From a bacterium (GTDB lineage: Bacteria; Krumholzibacteriota; Krumholzibacteriia; LZORAL124-64-63), in contig JANOEP010000046.1 of assembly GCA_031441465.1 (NCBI GenBank), positions 86,922-150,921 on the forward strand: a stretch of DNA of 64,000 bases, given 5' to 3'. Below, in pieces: positions 28,091 to 36,877 of this stretch (position 1 is its first letter; every line of letters starts with the position of its first letter). A model generated the notes under the pieces. It saw only the letters and a list, made by a program, of their open reading frames with translations, ran no database searches and had not been told where the DNA came from. The position numbers were made by a program, and so were the translations under genes.

Positions 28091-28885
28091 CTAACTCCCG
28101 TCCAGGGGGTGCTCGGTCAGCCACTGCCGCAGCTGCCCCAGCAGGCAGGCGTTGCAGCGCTTGACGGCCTGGGGCAACAGGCGCTGCGCGAAGTGCGCGT
28201 CGCGCCGTGAAACCGCCGGCTCCGCCACGGAGTCGTTGATCTCCCCGATGCAGTCCTGCCGCCACAATTCCTTCCCCCCGCGATCCCGCAGGACCAGCTC
28301 CACTTCCGCTTCCGCCCGCACCTGCAGCGGCACGGGCAGGGCGCCGAGGGCCGCGACCGACAGCACGAGCCCGCGCTTCAGTTTCGACGACGTGTCGTCG
28401 CCCCAGAAGAAACCGCCGACCAGCCCCACGCCGACCGGCAAGGCGTAGGCCAAGCCGTTGCGCTCCATCCGGCAGTGGAACGAGTGGACCGTGGCCTCGA
28501 GCGTGTAGTCCGCCCGGGTCGATAACGGCACCGGCTCGGCCAGGCTGGTCTGCTCGATGTCCTGGAGCAGCGCGTCGTGGTAAAGCTCCGTGATCGGCCG
28601 GCTCCAGCTGGCGTCGTCGGGGAACGTGATGCCGACGAAGTGGCCCTGCCCCTCGCGCTGCTCGGCGGGGCGCTCGTCCGCGACCGGCAGGACCTGGATC
28701 CGCGGCAGGCGCGTCTCGGCCGGCGGGAAGATCAACGATTCGCGCGAGTAGGGGAAACCGACCGGCGAGCCGCCGCAGCCGGTCAGCAGCGGCAACAGCA
28801 ACGCCAGCAAGCCCGGCCAGGCAACCGGCCGGGCCAAGGAACGGCGATCCCGAATCCGGAACGATGGCGGCGAAGTGCGGAACAT
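28091..28885 (-). CDS. Hypothetical lipoprotein
   Basis: GGGGGAGG SD before ATG 28885; lipobox LLTGC; globular sequence with an internal hydrophobic hairpin. Confidence 0.7.
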   Translation of the reverse strand: MFRTSPPSFRIRDRRSLARPVAWPGLLALLLPLLTGCGGSPVGFPYSRESLIFPPAETRLPRIQVLPVADERPAEQREGQGHFVGITFPDDASWSRPITELYHDALLQDIEQTSLAEPVPLSTRADYTLEATVHSFHCRMERNGLAYALPVGVGLVGGFFWGDDTSSKLKRGLVLSVAALGALPVPLQVRAEAEVELVLRDRGGKELWRQDCIGEINDSVAEPAVSRRDAHFAQRLLPQAVKRCNACLLGQLRQWLTEHPLDGS

Positions 28886-29040
28886 GTTCCTCCCCCAGGC
28901 TGGAGACGCCTCATCGGCAGAGTGCGGGTCATGGCGGCGAAATTGTCCCGGAGCGGCGAGGCCCCCCTTCCCGCGGCAGGAGGGACAATCCAGAGGCCAC
29001 CACCGAAAATCTACATCGACGGGCGAACCGGGGCCACGAT

Positions 29041-29916
29041 TCAATCTTCCCGCAGCAGCCCGCTCCCCGCCGCGCCTTCGCGGATGATCGCGAGCATCTC
29101 GGCGTGCAGGCCCGGCGCGGCGGCCAGCACGTGGCGGCCGTGGAGCGCGTCGGCGCCGCCGTCGAGGTCGGTGACCACGGCGCCCGCCTCGCGCGCGACG
29201 AGCACGCCCGCCGCGACGTCCCAGGGCTGCAACCGGAACTCCCAGTAACCGTCGAGTCGGCCGGCGGCGACGTGGCAGAGGTCGAGTGCGGCGCTCCCCC
29301 CCCGGCGGATGTCGTGGCAGCGCCGCAGCAGGAAGTTCTTCACGAGATCGCAGTTCAGGGCGGCGACCTCGCCGCGCTCGTAGGGGAATCCGGTCGCCAG
29401 CAGGGCCCGCTCCAGCGCAACCGGCCCGGCCAGCGCGAGCGGTCGCGCGGGCTCCCCCCGCCCCGGCCGCTCGAGCGTCGCGCCGCCGCCGCGCCGGGCC
29501 AGGTAGAGTTCGTCCAGTTCGGGCGCGTAGACGGCCCCCAATTCCGGCCCGTCGGCGCCGGCGCAGCCCAGCGACACGGCGTAGAACGGGTAGCCATGGA
29601 CGTAGTTCGTGGTGCCGTCCAGGGGATCGACGTGCCAGACGCGGCCGCTGACTCCGGACCGCCCGGCCCCTTCCTCGGCGCGGACGCCGTCCTGCGGGAA
29701 AACCTCGCCGAGGCGGTCGAACAGGTAGGCTTCGACGCGCCGGTCCACATCCGTCACCATGTCGGTGGCCGACTTGTAGACGATGTCGCGACGGTGCCCG
29801 CGGCCCTCCTGCTGGATCGCGCCCGCGGCGAGCGCGATGAGCCGCAACCGGGCGGCCTCGGCAGCGAGCCGGTCGTCCCCGGCATCGGGCCGGTCGCCGC
29901 TGGGGTTCATGTCCAT
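29041..29916 (-). CDS. suhB: Inositol monophosphatase family protein
   Basis: DMVTDVD, AEE, WHVDPLDGTTNY, RRGGSAALDLCHVAAGRLDGYWE, PWDVAAG. Confidence 0.92.
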   Translation of the reverse strand: MDMNPSGDRPDAGDDRLAAEAARLRLIALAAGAIQQEGRGHRRDIVYKSATDMVTDVDRRVEAYLFDRLGEVFPQDGVRAEEGAGRSGVSGRVWHVDPLDGTTNYVHGYPFYAVSLGCAGADGPELGAVYAPELDELYLARRGGGATLERPGRGEPARPLALAGPVALERALLATGFPYERGEVAALNCDLVKNFLLRRCHDIRRGGSAALDLCHVAAGRLDGYWEFRLQPWDVAAGVLVAREAGAVVTDLDGGADALHGRHVLAAAPGLHAEMLAIIREGAAGSGLLRED

Positions 29917-29950
29917 GGTCCTCCGTTGTCGCGACGACCCGCCGGTACGG

Positions 29951-29978
29951 TTGACATCCTCGGGCCGTCAACTAGCTT
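29951..29978 (+). promoter_or_regulatory. sigma70-type promoter for the NifU-like gene
   Basis: TTGACA-N16-TAGCTT, overlapped by the inverted repeat GTTGAC-N11-GTCAAC. Confidence 0.5.
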
Positions 29979-30017
29979 GGTGGGAATCGCACCGCCCGCC
30001 TACGGAAAGGAAGCACG

Positions 30018-30236
30018 ATGGAACAGAAGATCCGCCAGGTCCTCGAAAAGGTCCGCCCCGCCCTGCAGGCCGACGGCGGCGACGTCGAGTTCATCGATTA
30101 CCAGGACGGCATCGTCACGGTCCGCCTCAAGGGCGCCTGCGGCTCCTGCCCCATGTCGACCATGACGCTCAAGCACGGCATCGAAGCCCGCCTGCGCGAA
30201 GAGATCCCCGAGGTCCGGGCCGTCGAATCCCTGTAG
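30018..30236 (+). CDS. NifU/Nfu-family Fe-S cluster carrier
   Basis: VRPALQADGGDVE...LKGACGSCPMSTMTLKHGIE; AAGGA SD. Confidence 0.93.
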   Translation: MEQKIRQVLEKVRPALQADGGDVEFIDYQDGIVTVRLKGACGSCPMSTMTLKHGIEARLREEIPEVRAVESL

Positions 30237-30247
30237 CTTCCGACCGC

Positions 30248-32005
30248 TTACGGCAGGTCCCAGGTTTCGAACCCGCCGGCATCCGGCGGACGGCTCGGCA
30301 CGGCGCCGGCCGTCCGCAACGCATCCCGCCAGAACACCAGGCGCGGGTCGGGGTCGCCCGCGCGCATCTCGGCCGAGGTCACACCGGCCACCCGCAACGC
30401 CGCCAGCAGTTCCCGCGGGTCCCGTTCCCCCCGCTCGCAAGCCGCCAGGTCGCGGCGAAGGTCACGCGCGCCCGGCGGCACCCAGCCCGAGGCGCCGCCG
30501 GTCACGGCCCGGCCGGTGGCGAGCGCGCGCAGGAGCCAGGCGGCTTCCCGCGCATCTTCCCCGTACACGTCGCGCGGGGCGGGCAGGGTCAGGACGGCGC
30601 CCGCCGCCTGCGGCGACGGCGGCGTCCCCGCGTCGGGGATCGCGACCGCGGGGACTCGGGCCGGCCAGGACTCCAACAGCAGCAGGAGCACGACCAGCCC
30701 CGGCAGCAGTCGCCGCCGCCACGGCGCCCGCGCGGCGGCACCGGGCAGCGTGGACCAACCTACCGCCGCCCACCACGCCGCCGCCACCGTCGCCAATTGT
30801 CCAAATCGCCAGGCGGCCCGGAAGGCCCGGGCCGGCGGGAAGATGTCGTGCAGCAAGCCCAGGGGCAGCGGCAGGCGCCAGCCCGTGCCCGGGATCCCCA
30901 CCGAATCCCCGAAGGCCAGGATGAGACCGCAGCCGCCGGCCAGCAACAGGCCGCCGCCGAACCGCCGCTGCTCCGGCGCGAGCGTGCGGCGGCGCCACCA
31001 GCCCAGACCGGCCAGCGACAGCGCGATCCAACCCGGATGCAGCACCTGGCGCGCCGCCCGCGACTCGCGCGTGGCCGCATCCGCCCCCTGCCCCACCCAG
31101 TCGGCGGGGCCCGCACGGTGGGCTCCGGTATTGATAAGATGCTTGAGGTCAGCGCTGTACCACCTTATTTCACTGATGGTTCGCTCGTAGGTTGATTCGC
31201 GGGTCGACACCCGCACATAGGGGAAGGCTGCCAGGGCGACGGCCACGGCACAGAACAGAGCCGGCCAAGCCACCCCCCGCAGCAACCCGCGGCGGGCGTC
31301 CTGACCGGTCCCACCCCTCGCCGCCAGCACCATACCCAGCAAGCAACCAGCCGCGAGCAGCGACTCGGCGAAACCGTACCAGCCCCAGATCGACTGCGCC
31401 GAGAGGCAGCCGGCCAGCGCCCACCAGGCCCGGCGGGGCGACAGGCCACGGCGCCGGCGAGAGGACGCCCAGGCCAGCGCCGCGGCGGCGGCGGGCACGC
31501 CCGGCGGCGGCAACTGGTTGAGGTGCCCGAGCTGGGCCAGCGTCATCGGCGCGCCGAGCAGGGCCAGCGCGGCGATCGGCGCCGCGGCCCGCGCCCCTCC
31601 CGCCGCGCGCCAGGCCCAGGCCATCGCCGCGGCGGCGAGCACGAGGCTCGTGAGCAGCGCCGCGTTGTAGCGCGCGGCGACCGTCGGCAGCAACGCGCGC
31701 CAGGGCGCCACGGCGAGCGCCTGCCCGAGCAGGGAGTCCATGGAAGCGATGACGTCGCGTGCGGGATGGAAGATGGGGACGTGCGGCCAGACCGTCGGCT
31801 GCCACCAGTGACGGGCGCTCCATTCGAGCAGGCCCGCCTGCAGCAGGGCGTCCACGCCGCCGTAAGGACCGGGCACCCAGCGACGCGGGTCCGGCAGCGC
31901 CGGGGCGAGCAGACCGAGGATCAGCAGCCCGACCGCCAGCCAGGCCAGCTTCGAGGCGCCGGATCGGGAGGCCGGCGGCACGCTCGCGACGTCGGGCTGC
32001 TTCAT
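30248..32005 (-). CDS. Polytopic membrane protein, possibly a GT-C/YfhO-like glycan-modifying enzyme
   Basis: About ten hydrophobic segments; PIFHP, AFRAAWRF, C-terminal VLTLP...VTGGASGWVP typical of this membrane protein class. Confidence 0.55.
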   Translation of the reverse strand: MKQPDVASVPPASRSGASKLAWLAVGLLILGLLAPALPDPRRWVPGPYGGVDALLQAGLLEWSARHWWQPTVWPHVPIFHPARDVIASMDSLLGQALAVAPWRALLPTVAARYNAALLTSLVLAAAAMAWAWRAAGGARAAAPIAALALLGAPMTLAQLGHLNQLPPPGVPAAAAALAWASSRRRRGLSPRRAWWALAGCLSAQSIWGWYGFAESLLAAGCLLGMVLAARGGTGQDARRGLLRGVAWPALFCAVAVALAAFPYVRVSTRESTYERTISEIRWYSADLKHLINTGAHRAGPADWVGQGADAATRESRAARQVLHPGWIALSLAGLGWWRRRTLAPEQRRFGGGLLLAGGCGLILAFGDSVGIPGTGWRLPLPLGLLHDIFPPARAFRAAWRFGQLATVAAAWWAAVGWSTLPGAAARAPWRRRLLPGLVVLLLLLESWPARVPAVAIPDAGTPPSPQAAGAVLTLPAPRDVYGEDAREAAWLLRALATGRAVTGGASGWVPPGARDLRRDLAACERGERDPRELLAALRVAGVTSAEMRAGDPDPRLVFWRDALRTAGAVPSRPPDAGGFETWDLP

Positions 32006-32019
32006 CGTCACCCTGCCGG

Positions 32020-33972
32020 TCAATAGCCCAGGCTGCGCAGCTGCCGTTGCAACGTCCGGTCGGGCGCCACGAGCCGGGGCTGCGGACCGGACAGACTCCG
32101 CGCGGCGAGATCGCCGGCCGCGCGGATCGAATCGACGACGGACAGCACGAACGACGCCGACGTCGGCGGCGCCCCCAGCGGCAGCACGGCAGCCGAATCG
32201 GCGGCGAGGTCGTACCATTCCGTCGGGGCGTCCGGGGACAGGATCGCGTAGTACGGCCACGCCCGCACCGCCGTCCGAGGGGGGCCGTACAGGAGGTTTT
32301 CCAGGACCGCCGGCGTGGCGGGTCCCGTCCACACCGGCGTTGCAGCGGCGGCGCCGGTGGGCCAGAGATCGGCGCGGCCGCGCAGGCTGTCCGGTCCCAC
32401 CCAACCCAGCGCGGCGCACAGCGTCGGCAACAGGTCCGCGCTCGAACGGTCGCCCTCCAGGCGCCGGCCCGCGATCCCGCCGGCGGGCAGCTTGACGATG
32501 AGCGGCACGGCGCTCACTTCGGGCAGGAGGCTGTGCCCGTGTTCGAAGCCGCCGTGGTCGAAGAGTTCCTCGCCGTGGTCGGCGGTCACCACGATCAGGG
32601 TCGAATCCCAGAGACCCGCCGCGCGCAGCGCCGCGAAGAGGCGCTCGAGTTGTTGGTCGGCATACCGGACCTCACCGGCGTAGAGGTCCTTGATGGCGGC
32701 GCGCACCTCCGGGGAGAGCCCGCCGAGTCCGTCGCGCACCTCGCTCAGCTTTTCCGCCGCCAGGCCGTGCTCATTCAGCAGGGCGTGCCGGGGCAGCGGG
32801 GCCGCCGGAGCGTCGCCCGGCAAATGCCGGACGGTGTAGGGCAGGTGAGGGTCCAGCAGGTGCAGCCAGAGCAGGAACGGGCGGTCCTGCGGGCGCGACG
32901 GCAGCCAGCGCAACGCCTTGGCGACCACGTATTCCGCGGCGTCGAGTTCGACGAAGCGGTCGACCCAGTGGGTCAGTTCGCGCGCCAGCACCGAGCGCGC
33001 CGCGGGCTGCAGGGGTTCCAGCACCAGGGCATGCTCGTACTCCGCGAAGCCGCGATCGAAACCGTAGGCGCTCGTCAGGTAGGGGTTGGTCGCGAACGCG
33101 GCCGTGTGCCAGCCGTGGGACCAGGCGACCTCCGCCAGCGTCGGCGCGCCCGAGGGCAGGGGGCGGTGCCGCGCGACGTCCAGCTCCCGCGGCGAACGGC
33201 CGGTCATCAGGGTGCCCATCCCCGGCAGGGTCCAGCAGCTGCTCGACCAGTGATCCGGGTAGAGCAGCCCTTCCCCGGCCAGACGGTCGAGCCCCGGTGT
33301 GAGGTCGTCGCGGCCGACGAGCGCGCCCAGGTGGTCGCGGCGCCAGGCGTCGATGGTCACCAGGACCACGTTGGGACCGGACGGGACCGCCGTGAGCCGC
33401 GCGAGCCCACCGCACCGCTCCTCGCGGCCCTCGTCGCGCCAGTCGGGCCAGAGACTGGTGAAGACCAGCAGGAAGATCACGGTCAGGAAAAGATTGCGGC
33501 GCGGCGTCAAGACCAGCGTTTCGGCCATCACCGTCAGCGGGCGCACCAGCAGCACGGTCAGGAGCAGGAAGAGCCCGGCCTGCAGGGCGAAACCCGCGCG
33601 CAGTTCGTGTTCCGCCCACCAGAGCGGCCACAGGTGCTCGCGCCCCGCGTAACCGGCGTAGAAGAAGACCAGCGAGGCGACGGCCGTCGCCGTGGTCAAC
33701 GCGTAGGCGCGCAGGCGCGCCTGCGGATGGCGACGCACGGCCAGGGCGTAGGGCGCGAACAGCAGGGCCGCGATCGCCATCGCGAACCAGCTGTAAAGCG
33801 TGACCGACGGAGCGACGCTGCGCACGAAGCCGGACTCGCCGCCGCCCGCGGTCCAGCCCCCGAAGCGGGACCACTGGCTGACGCCCTCCACGAAGCCCGC
33901 CAGACCGGCCAGCACCCCCGACCACAGCAAGGCCGCGGCGTAGGCGCGCACCCACTTCCAGAGTCTCCTCAT
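32020..33972 (-). CDS. Membrane-anchored sulfatase-like/alkaline-phosphatase-superfamily enzyme
   Basis: N-terminal TM helices, then PNVVLVTIDAWRRD, WTLPGMGTLMTG, LDPHLPY, YAGEVRYAD, TADHGE..EHGH, C-terminal QLRSLGY. Confidence 0.85.
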   Translation of the reverse strand: MRRLWKWVRAYAAALLWSGVLAGLAGFVEGVSQWSRFGGWTAGGGESGFVRSVAPSVTLYSWFAMAIAALLFAPYALAVRRHPQARLRAYALTTATAVASLVFFYAGYAGREHLWPLWWAEHELRAGFALQAGLFLLLTVLLVRPLTVMAETLVLTPRRNLFLTVIFLLVFTSLWPDWRDEGREERCGGLARLTAVPSGPNVVLVTIDAWRRDHLGALVGRDDLTPGLDRLAGEGLLYPDHWSSSCWTLPGMGTLMTGRSPRELDVARHRPLPSGAPTLAEVAWSHGWHTAAFATNPYLTSAYGFDRGFAEYEHALVLEPLQPAARSVLARELTHWVDRFVELDAAEYVVAKALRWLPSRPQDRPFLLWLHLLDPHLPYTVRHLPGDAPAAPLPRHALLNEHGLAAEKLSEVRDGLGGLSPEVRAAIKDLYAGEVRYADQQLERLFAALRAAGLWDSTLIVVTADHGEELFDHGGFEHGHSLLPEVSAVPLIVKLPAGGIAGRRLEGDRSSADLLPTLCAALGWVGPDSLRGRADLWPTGAAAATPVWTGPATPAVLENLLYGPPRTAVRAWPYYAILSPDAPTEWYDLAADSAAVLPLGAPPTSASFVLSVVDSIRAAGDLAARSLSGPQPRLVAPDRTLQRQLRSLGY

Positions 33973-34115
33973 CGACGGTCCGTCCTCCCCGTCCGGCGCT
34001 TGGCGTCGGAACCTCCTGTTTTTAGACGCGTTTCGCCACAGGGTCAAGGAGTGCTTCGGAAGGTGGGAGTCCGGCAAATCTCGCCGGGGGTGCGGCCGCG
34101 GCCGGAAGCGCGGGG

Positions 34116-34143
34116 TTGCAGGCGGGCGGGGTGATGCTATCCT
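34116..34143 (+). promoter_or_regulatory. sigma70-type promoter for the acyl-CoA dehydrogenase
   Basis: TTGCAG-N16-TATCCT with extended -10 TG. Confidence 0.5.
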
Positions 34144-34176
34144 CGTTCGGGATGGACCTTAACCCGAGGTGCGGCC

Positions 34177-35343
34177 GTGAAACCCTACGAGGGCGTCGAC
34201 TATTACCGGATCGAACAGGATCTCGGCGACGAGGAGCGCGCGGCGCGCGACCTCTGCCGGAGCTTCGTCGAGCGGAGCTTCCTGCCCGTGGTGCGCGAAC
34301 ACCACCGCGCCGGCACGTTCCCGATCGAGCTGGCGGCGGAGATGGGGGCGCTCGGCCTGCTCGGCACCTCGGTGCAAGGGCCGGGCTGCCCGGGGCTGTC
34401 GTCGATGGTGTACGGGCTGGTCTGCCAGGAACTCGAACGCGGGGACAGCGGCCTGCGCAGCTTCGCTTCGGTGCAGGGCAGCCTGGTGATGTGGCCGATC
34501 GCGACGTACGGCACCGAGGCCCAGCAACGTCGCTGGCTGCCCGAACTGGCGGCCGGCCGCAGGATCGGCTGCTTCGGCCTGACCGAGGCCGGGCACGGCA
34601 GCGACCCCGGGGGGATGGAGACCCGCGCCGTGCGCGACGGCAAGGGCTGGGTCCTGACCGGTGCCAAGATGTGGATCACCAACGCCGATCTGGCCGACGT
34701 GGCCGTGGTCTGGGCGCGCGGTCCCGAACGGGTGCTGGGTTTCCTGATCGAGCGCGGCACGCCCGGCTTCTCGGCGCAACCGGTGCACGGCAAGTTCAGC
34801 CTGCGCGCCAGCGACACCGGGGAACTGAGCTTCGACGAGGTCCGCGTGCCGGAGAGCTGCCGGCTGCCAGGCGCCGCCGGGCTCGTCGCGCCGCTGTCGT
34901 GCCTGAACCAGGCGCGCTACGGCATCGCCTGGGGAGCGGTGGGCGCGGCGGCGGCCTGCTACGACCACGCGCGGCAGTACGCGCTGGAACGCGCGCAGTT
35001 CGGCCGGCCCATCGCGGCCTTCCAGCTGGTGCAGCAGAAACTCGTGGAGATGCTGACGGCGGTGACGACGTCGCAGGCGCTCGCCCACCAGTTGGGAAGA
35101 CTCAAGGATCGCGGCATCGACGAAGTGCCCCTGGTGTCCCTGGCCAAGCGGCACAACGTGGCCGCGGCGCTGCAGGTCGCCCGCCAGGCCCGCGAGGTGC
35201 TCGGCGCCGCGGGGATCACCGACGAGCACCCGATCGGGCGCCACCTCACGAACCTCGAGTCGGTGTACACCTACGAAGGCACGCACGACATCCACACGCT
35301 GATCGTCGGCGCGGATCTCACGGGACTGCCCGCCTTCCGCTGA
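34177..35343 (+). CDS. gcdH: Acyl-CoA dehydrogenase, glutaryl-CoA dehydrogenase-like
   Basis: ELERGDSGLRSFASVQGSL, GCFGLTEAGHGSDPGGM, CLNQARYGIAWG, NLESVYTYEGTHDIHTLI. Confidence 0.88.
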   Translation: MKPYEGVDYYRIEQDLGDEERAARDLCRSFVERSFLPVVREHHRAGTFPIELAAEMGALGLLGTSVQGPGCPGLSSMVYGLVCQELERGDSGLRSFASVQGSLVMWPIATYGTEAQQRRWLPELAAGRRIGCFGLTEAGHGSDPGGMETRAVRDGKGWVLTGAKMWITNADLADVAVVWARGPERVLGFLIERGTPGFSAQPVHGKFSLRASDTGELSFDEVRVPESCRLPGAAGLVAPLSCLNQARYGIAWGAVGAAAACYDHARQYALERAQFGRPIAAFQLVQQKLVEMLTAVTTSQALAHQLGRLKDRGIDEVPLVSLAKRHNVAAALQVARQAREVLGAAGITDEHPIGRHLTNLESVYTYEGTHDIHTLIVGADLTGLPAFR

Positions 35344-35359
35344 CGCGGAATGCCGGCGG

Positions 35360-36877
35360 TCAGAAGGTCATCTGCCGGAAGGTGTGGGCCGCCAGCGCGT
35401 AGAACGAACCCGGGACCACGCCGAGCAGCAGCACCAGCAGCGCCAGCACGCCGCAGGTGAACGCCGCCTCCCAGCTGTGGCCGTCGTGCACCTGGCCCTC
35501 GGCCGGCTTCATGTACATCACCACGATGACGCGCAAATAATAGTAGGCCGACAGCAGCGAGTTGATCACGCCCCAGATGGCCAGCGGCAGCAGGCCGGCC
35601 TTCACCACCGCGTCGAAGACGTAGAACTTGCCCACGAAGCCGGCGGTGGGCGGGATCCCCGCGAGCGAGAACATGAACACCGCCAGCGTCGCCGCCACGA
35701 AGGGGCGGCGACGGGACAGGCCCGCGTAGCCGTCGATGGCGTCGGCCTCCTCGTTGCGGCTGCGGCTCAGGCAGGCCACCACGCCGAAGGCGCCCAGGTT
35801 CATCAGGGCGTAGACCACCAGGTAGAACAGGATGGCGCCGCCGGCGGCGTCGCGGACCGCCGCGGCCTGCACGGCCGTGGCGCTGTCGCGGCTGGTGTTG
35901 AGCACCGCCAGCACGCCCAGCAGCAGGTAGCCGGCATGGGCGATGCTCGAGTAGGCCAGCATCCGCTTCATCCCGTTCTGGGACAGGGCCACGAGGTTGC
36001 CGTACGTCATCGTCAGGACCGCGAGCACCGTCAGCAGAGGGAACCAGACTTCGGCGACCGGCGGCAGCAGCCAGACCACGCGCAGCAGCGCGGCGAAGGC
36101 CGCGGCCTTGACGCCCGTGGCCATCAGTCCCGTCACGTAGGCGGGCGCGCCGTCGTAGACGTCCGGCGTCCACATGTGGAAGGGCACCATGGCCACCTTG
36201 AAACCCAGGGCGATCAGCACCAGCCCGCAGGCCAGGGGCAGCAGGAGCCCGCCGGCGGGCGCCGCCTCGATCGCCCGGCGGATGGAGGCGTAGTCGGTCG
36301 CTCCGGCCTGGCCGTACAGCAGCGCGAGGCCCATCAGCAGGAAAGCGGAAGCGAACGCGCCCAGGATCAGGTACTTGAAGCCGGCCTCGCTGCTGCGCAG
36401 CGAACCGCGGTTGCCGGCGACCAGGGCGTACACGGCGAGGCTCATGGTCTCGATGGCCAAAAACAGGCTCAACAGGTCGGTCGCCGCGGCCAGCAGCATC
36501 ATGCCCAGGGCGGCGAACAACACCAGGGGATAGAAGTCGGTCCGGTAGCGCCCGTCGCGCTCGAACATGCTGGTCGCGAAGACCGTCGTGAGCATGGCGA
36601 TCGTCACGACCAGCAGGTTGAAGAAGCGGCTGAAGCGGTCGGCTGCCAGCATGCCTCCCATCAGGGACGCGCCGCGCGGGTCGGCGTGCACCGCGCCCTG
36701 GGCGACCGCGACGCACAGCAGCACCAGCAACGTCAACAGCGACAGGTGGTCCTTGCGCCGGCCGCCGGTGAAGGCGTCCGCGAGCATCACGACCAGGCCG
36801 CCGACGGCCAGGACGAGGTAGGGCGCCAGCTGGGCCAGGTCGCTGCCGAGCGTCGTCGCGTGGGCCGGGCCGTTCAT
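35360..36877 (-). CDS. nuoN: NADH-quinone oxidoreductase subunit N
   Basis: EAGFKYLILG, FKVAMVPFHMWTPDVYDGAP, KRMLAYSSIAHAGY, SLAGIPPTAGFVGK. Confidence 0.95.
   Translation of the reverse strand: MNGPAHATTLGSDLAQLAPYLVLAVGGLVVMLADAFTGGRRKDHLSLLTLLVLLCVAVAQGAVHADPRGASLMGGMLAADRFSRFFNLLVVTIAMLTTVFATSMFERDGRYRTDFYPLVLFAALGMMLLAAATDLLSLFLAIETMSLAVYALVAGNRGSLRSSEAGFKYLILGAFASAFLLMGLALLYGQAGATDYASIRRAIEAAPAGGLLLPLACGLVLIALGFKVAMVPFHMWTPDVYDGAPAYVTGLMATGVKAAAFAALLRVVWLLPPVAEVWFPLLTVLAVLTMTYGNLVALSQNGMKRMLAYSSIAHAGYLLLGVLAVLNTSRDSATAVQAAAVRDAAGGAILFYLVVYALMNLGAFGVVACLSRSRNEEADAIDGYAGLSRRRPFVAATLAVFMFSLAGIPPTAGFVGKFYVFDAVVKAGLLPLAIWGVINSLLSAYYYLRVIVVMYMKPAEGQVHDGHSWEAAFTCGVLALLVLLLGVVPGSFYALAAHTFRQMTF

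Noticed and set aside
31100..31330. Local drop in GC inside the membrane protein gene, suggesting an insertion or frameshift
   Set aside because: The frame is continuous, the translation is plausible, and no terminal repeats are visible.
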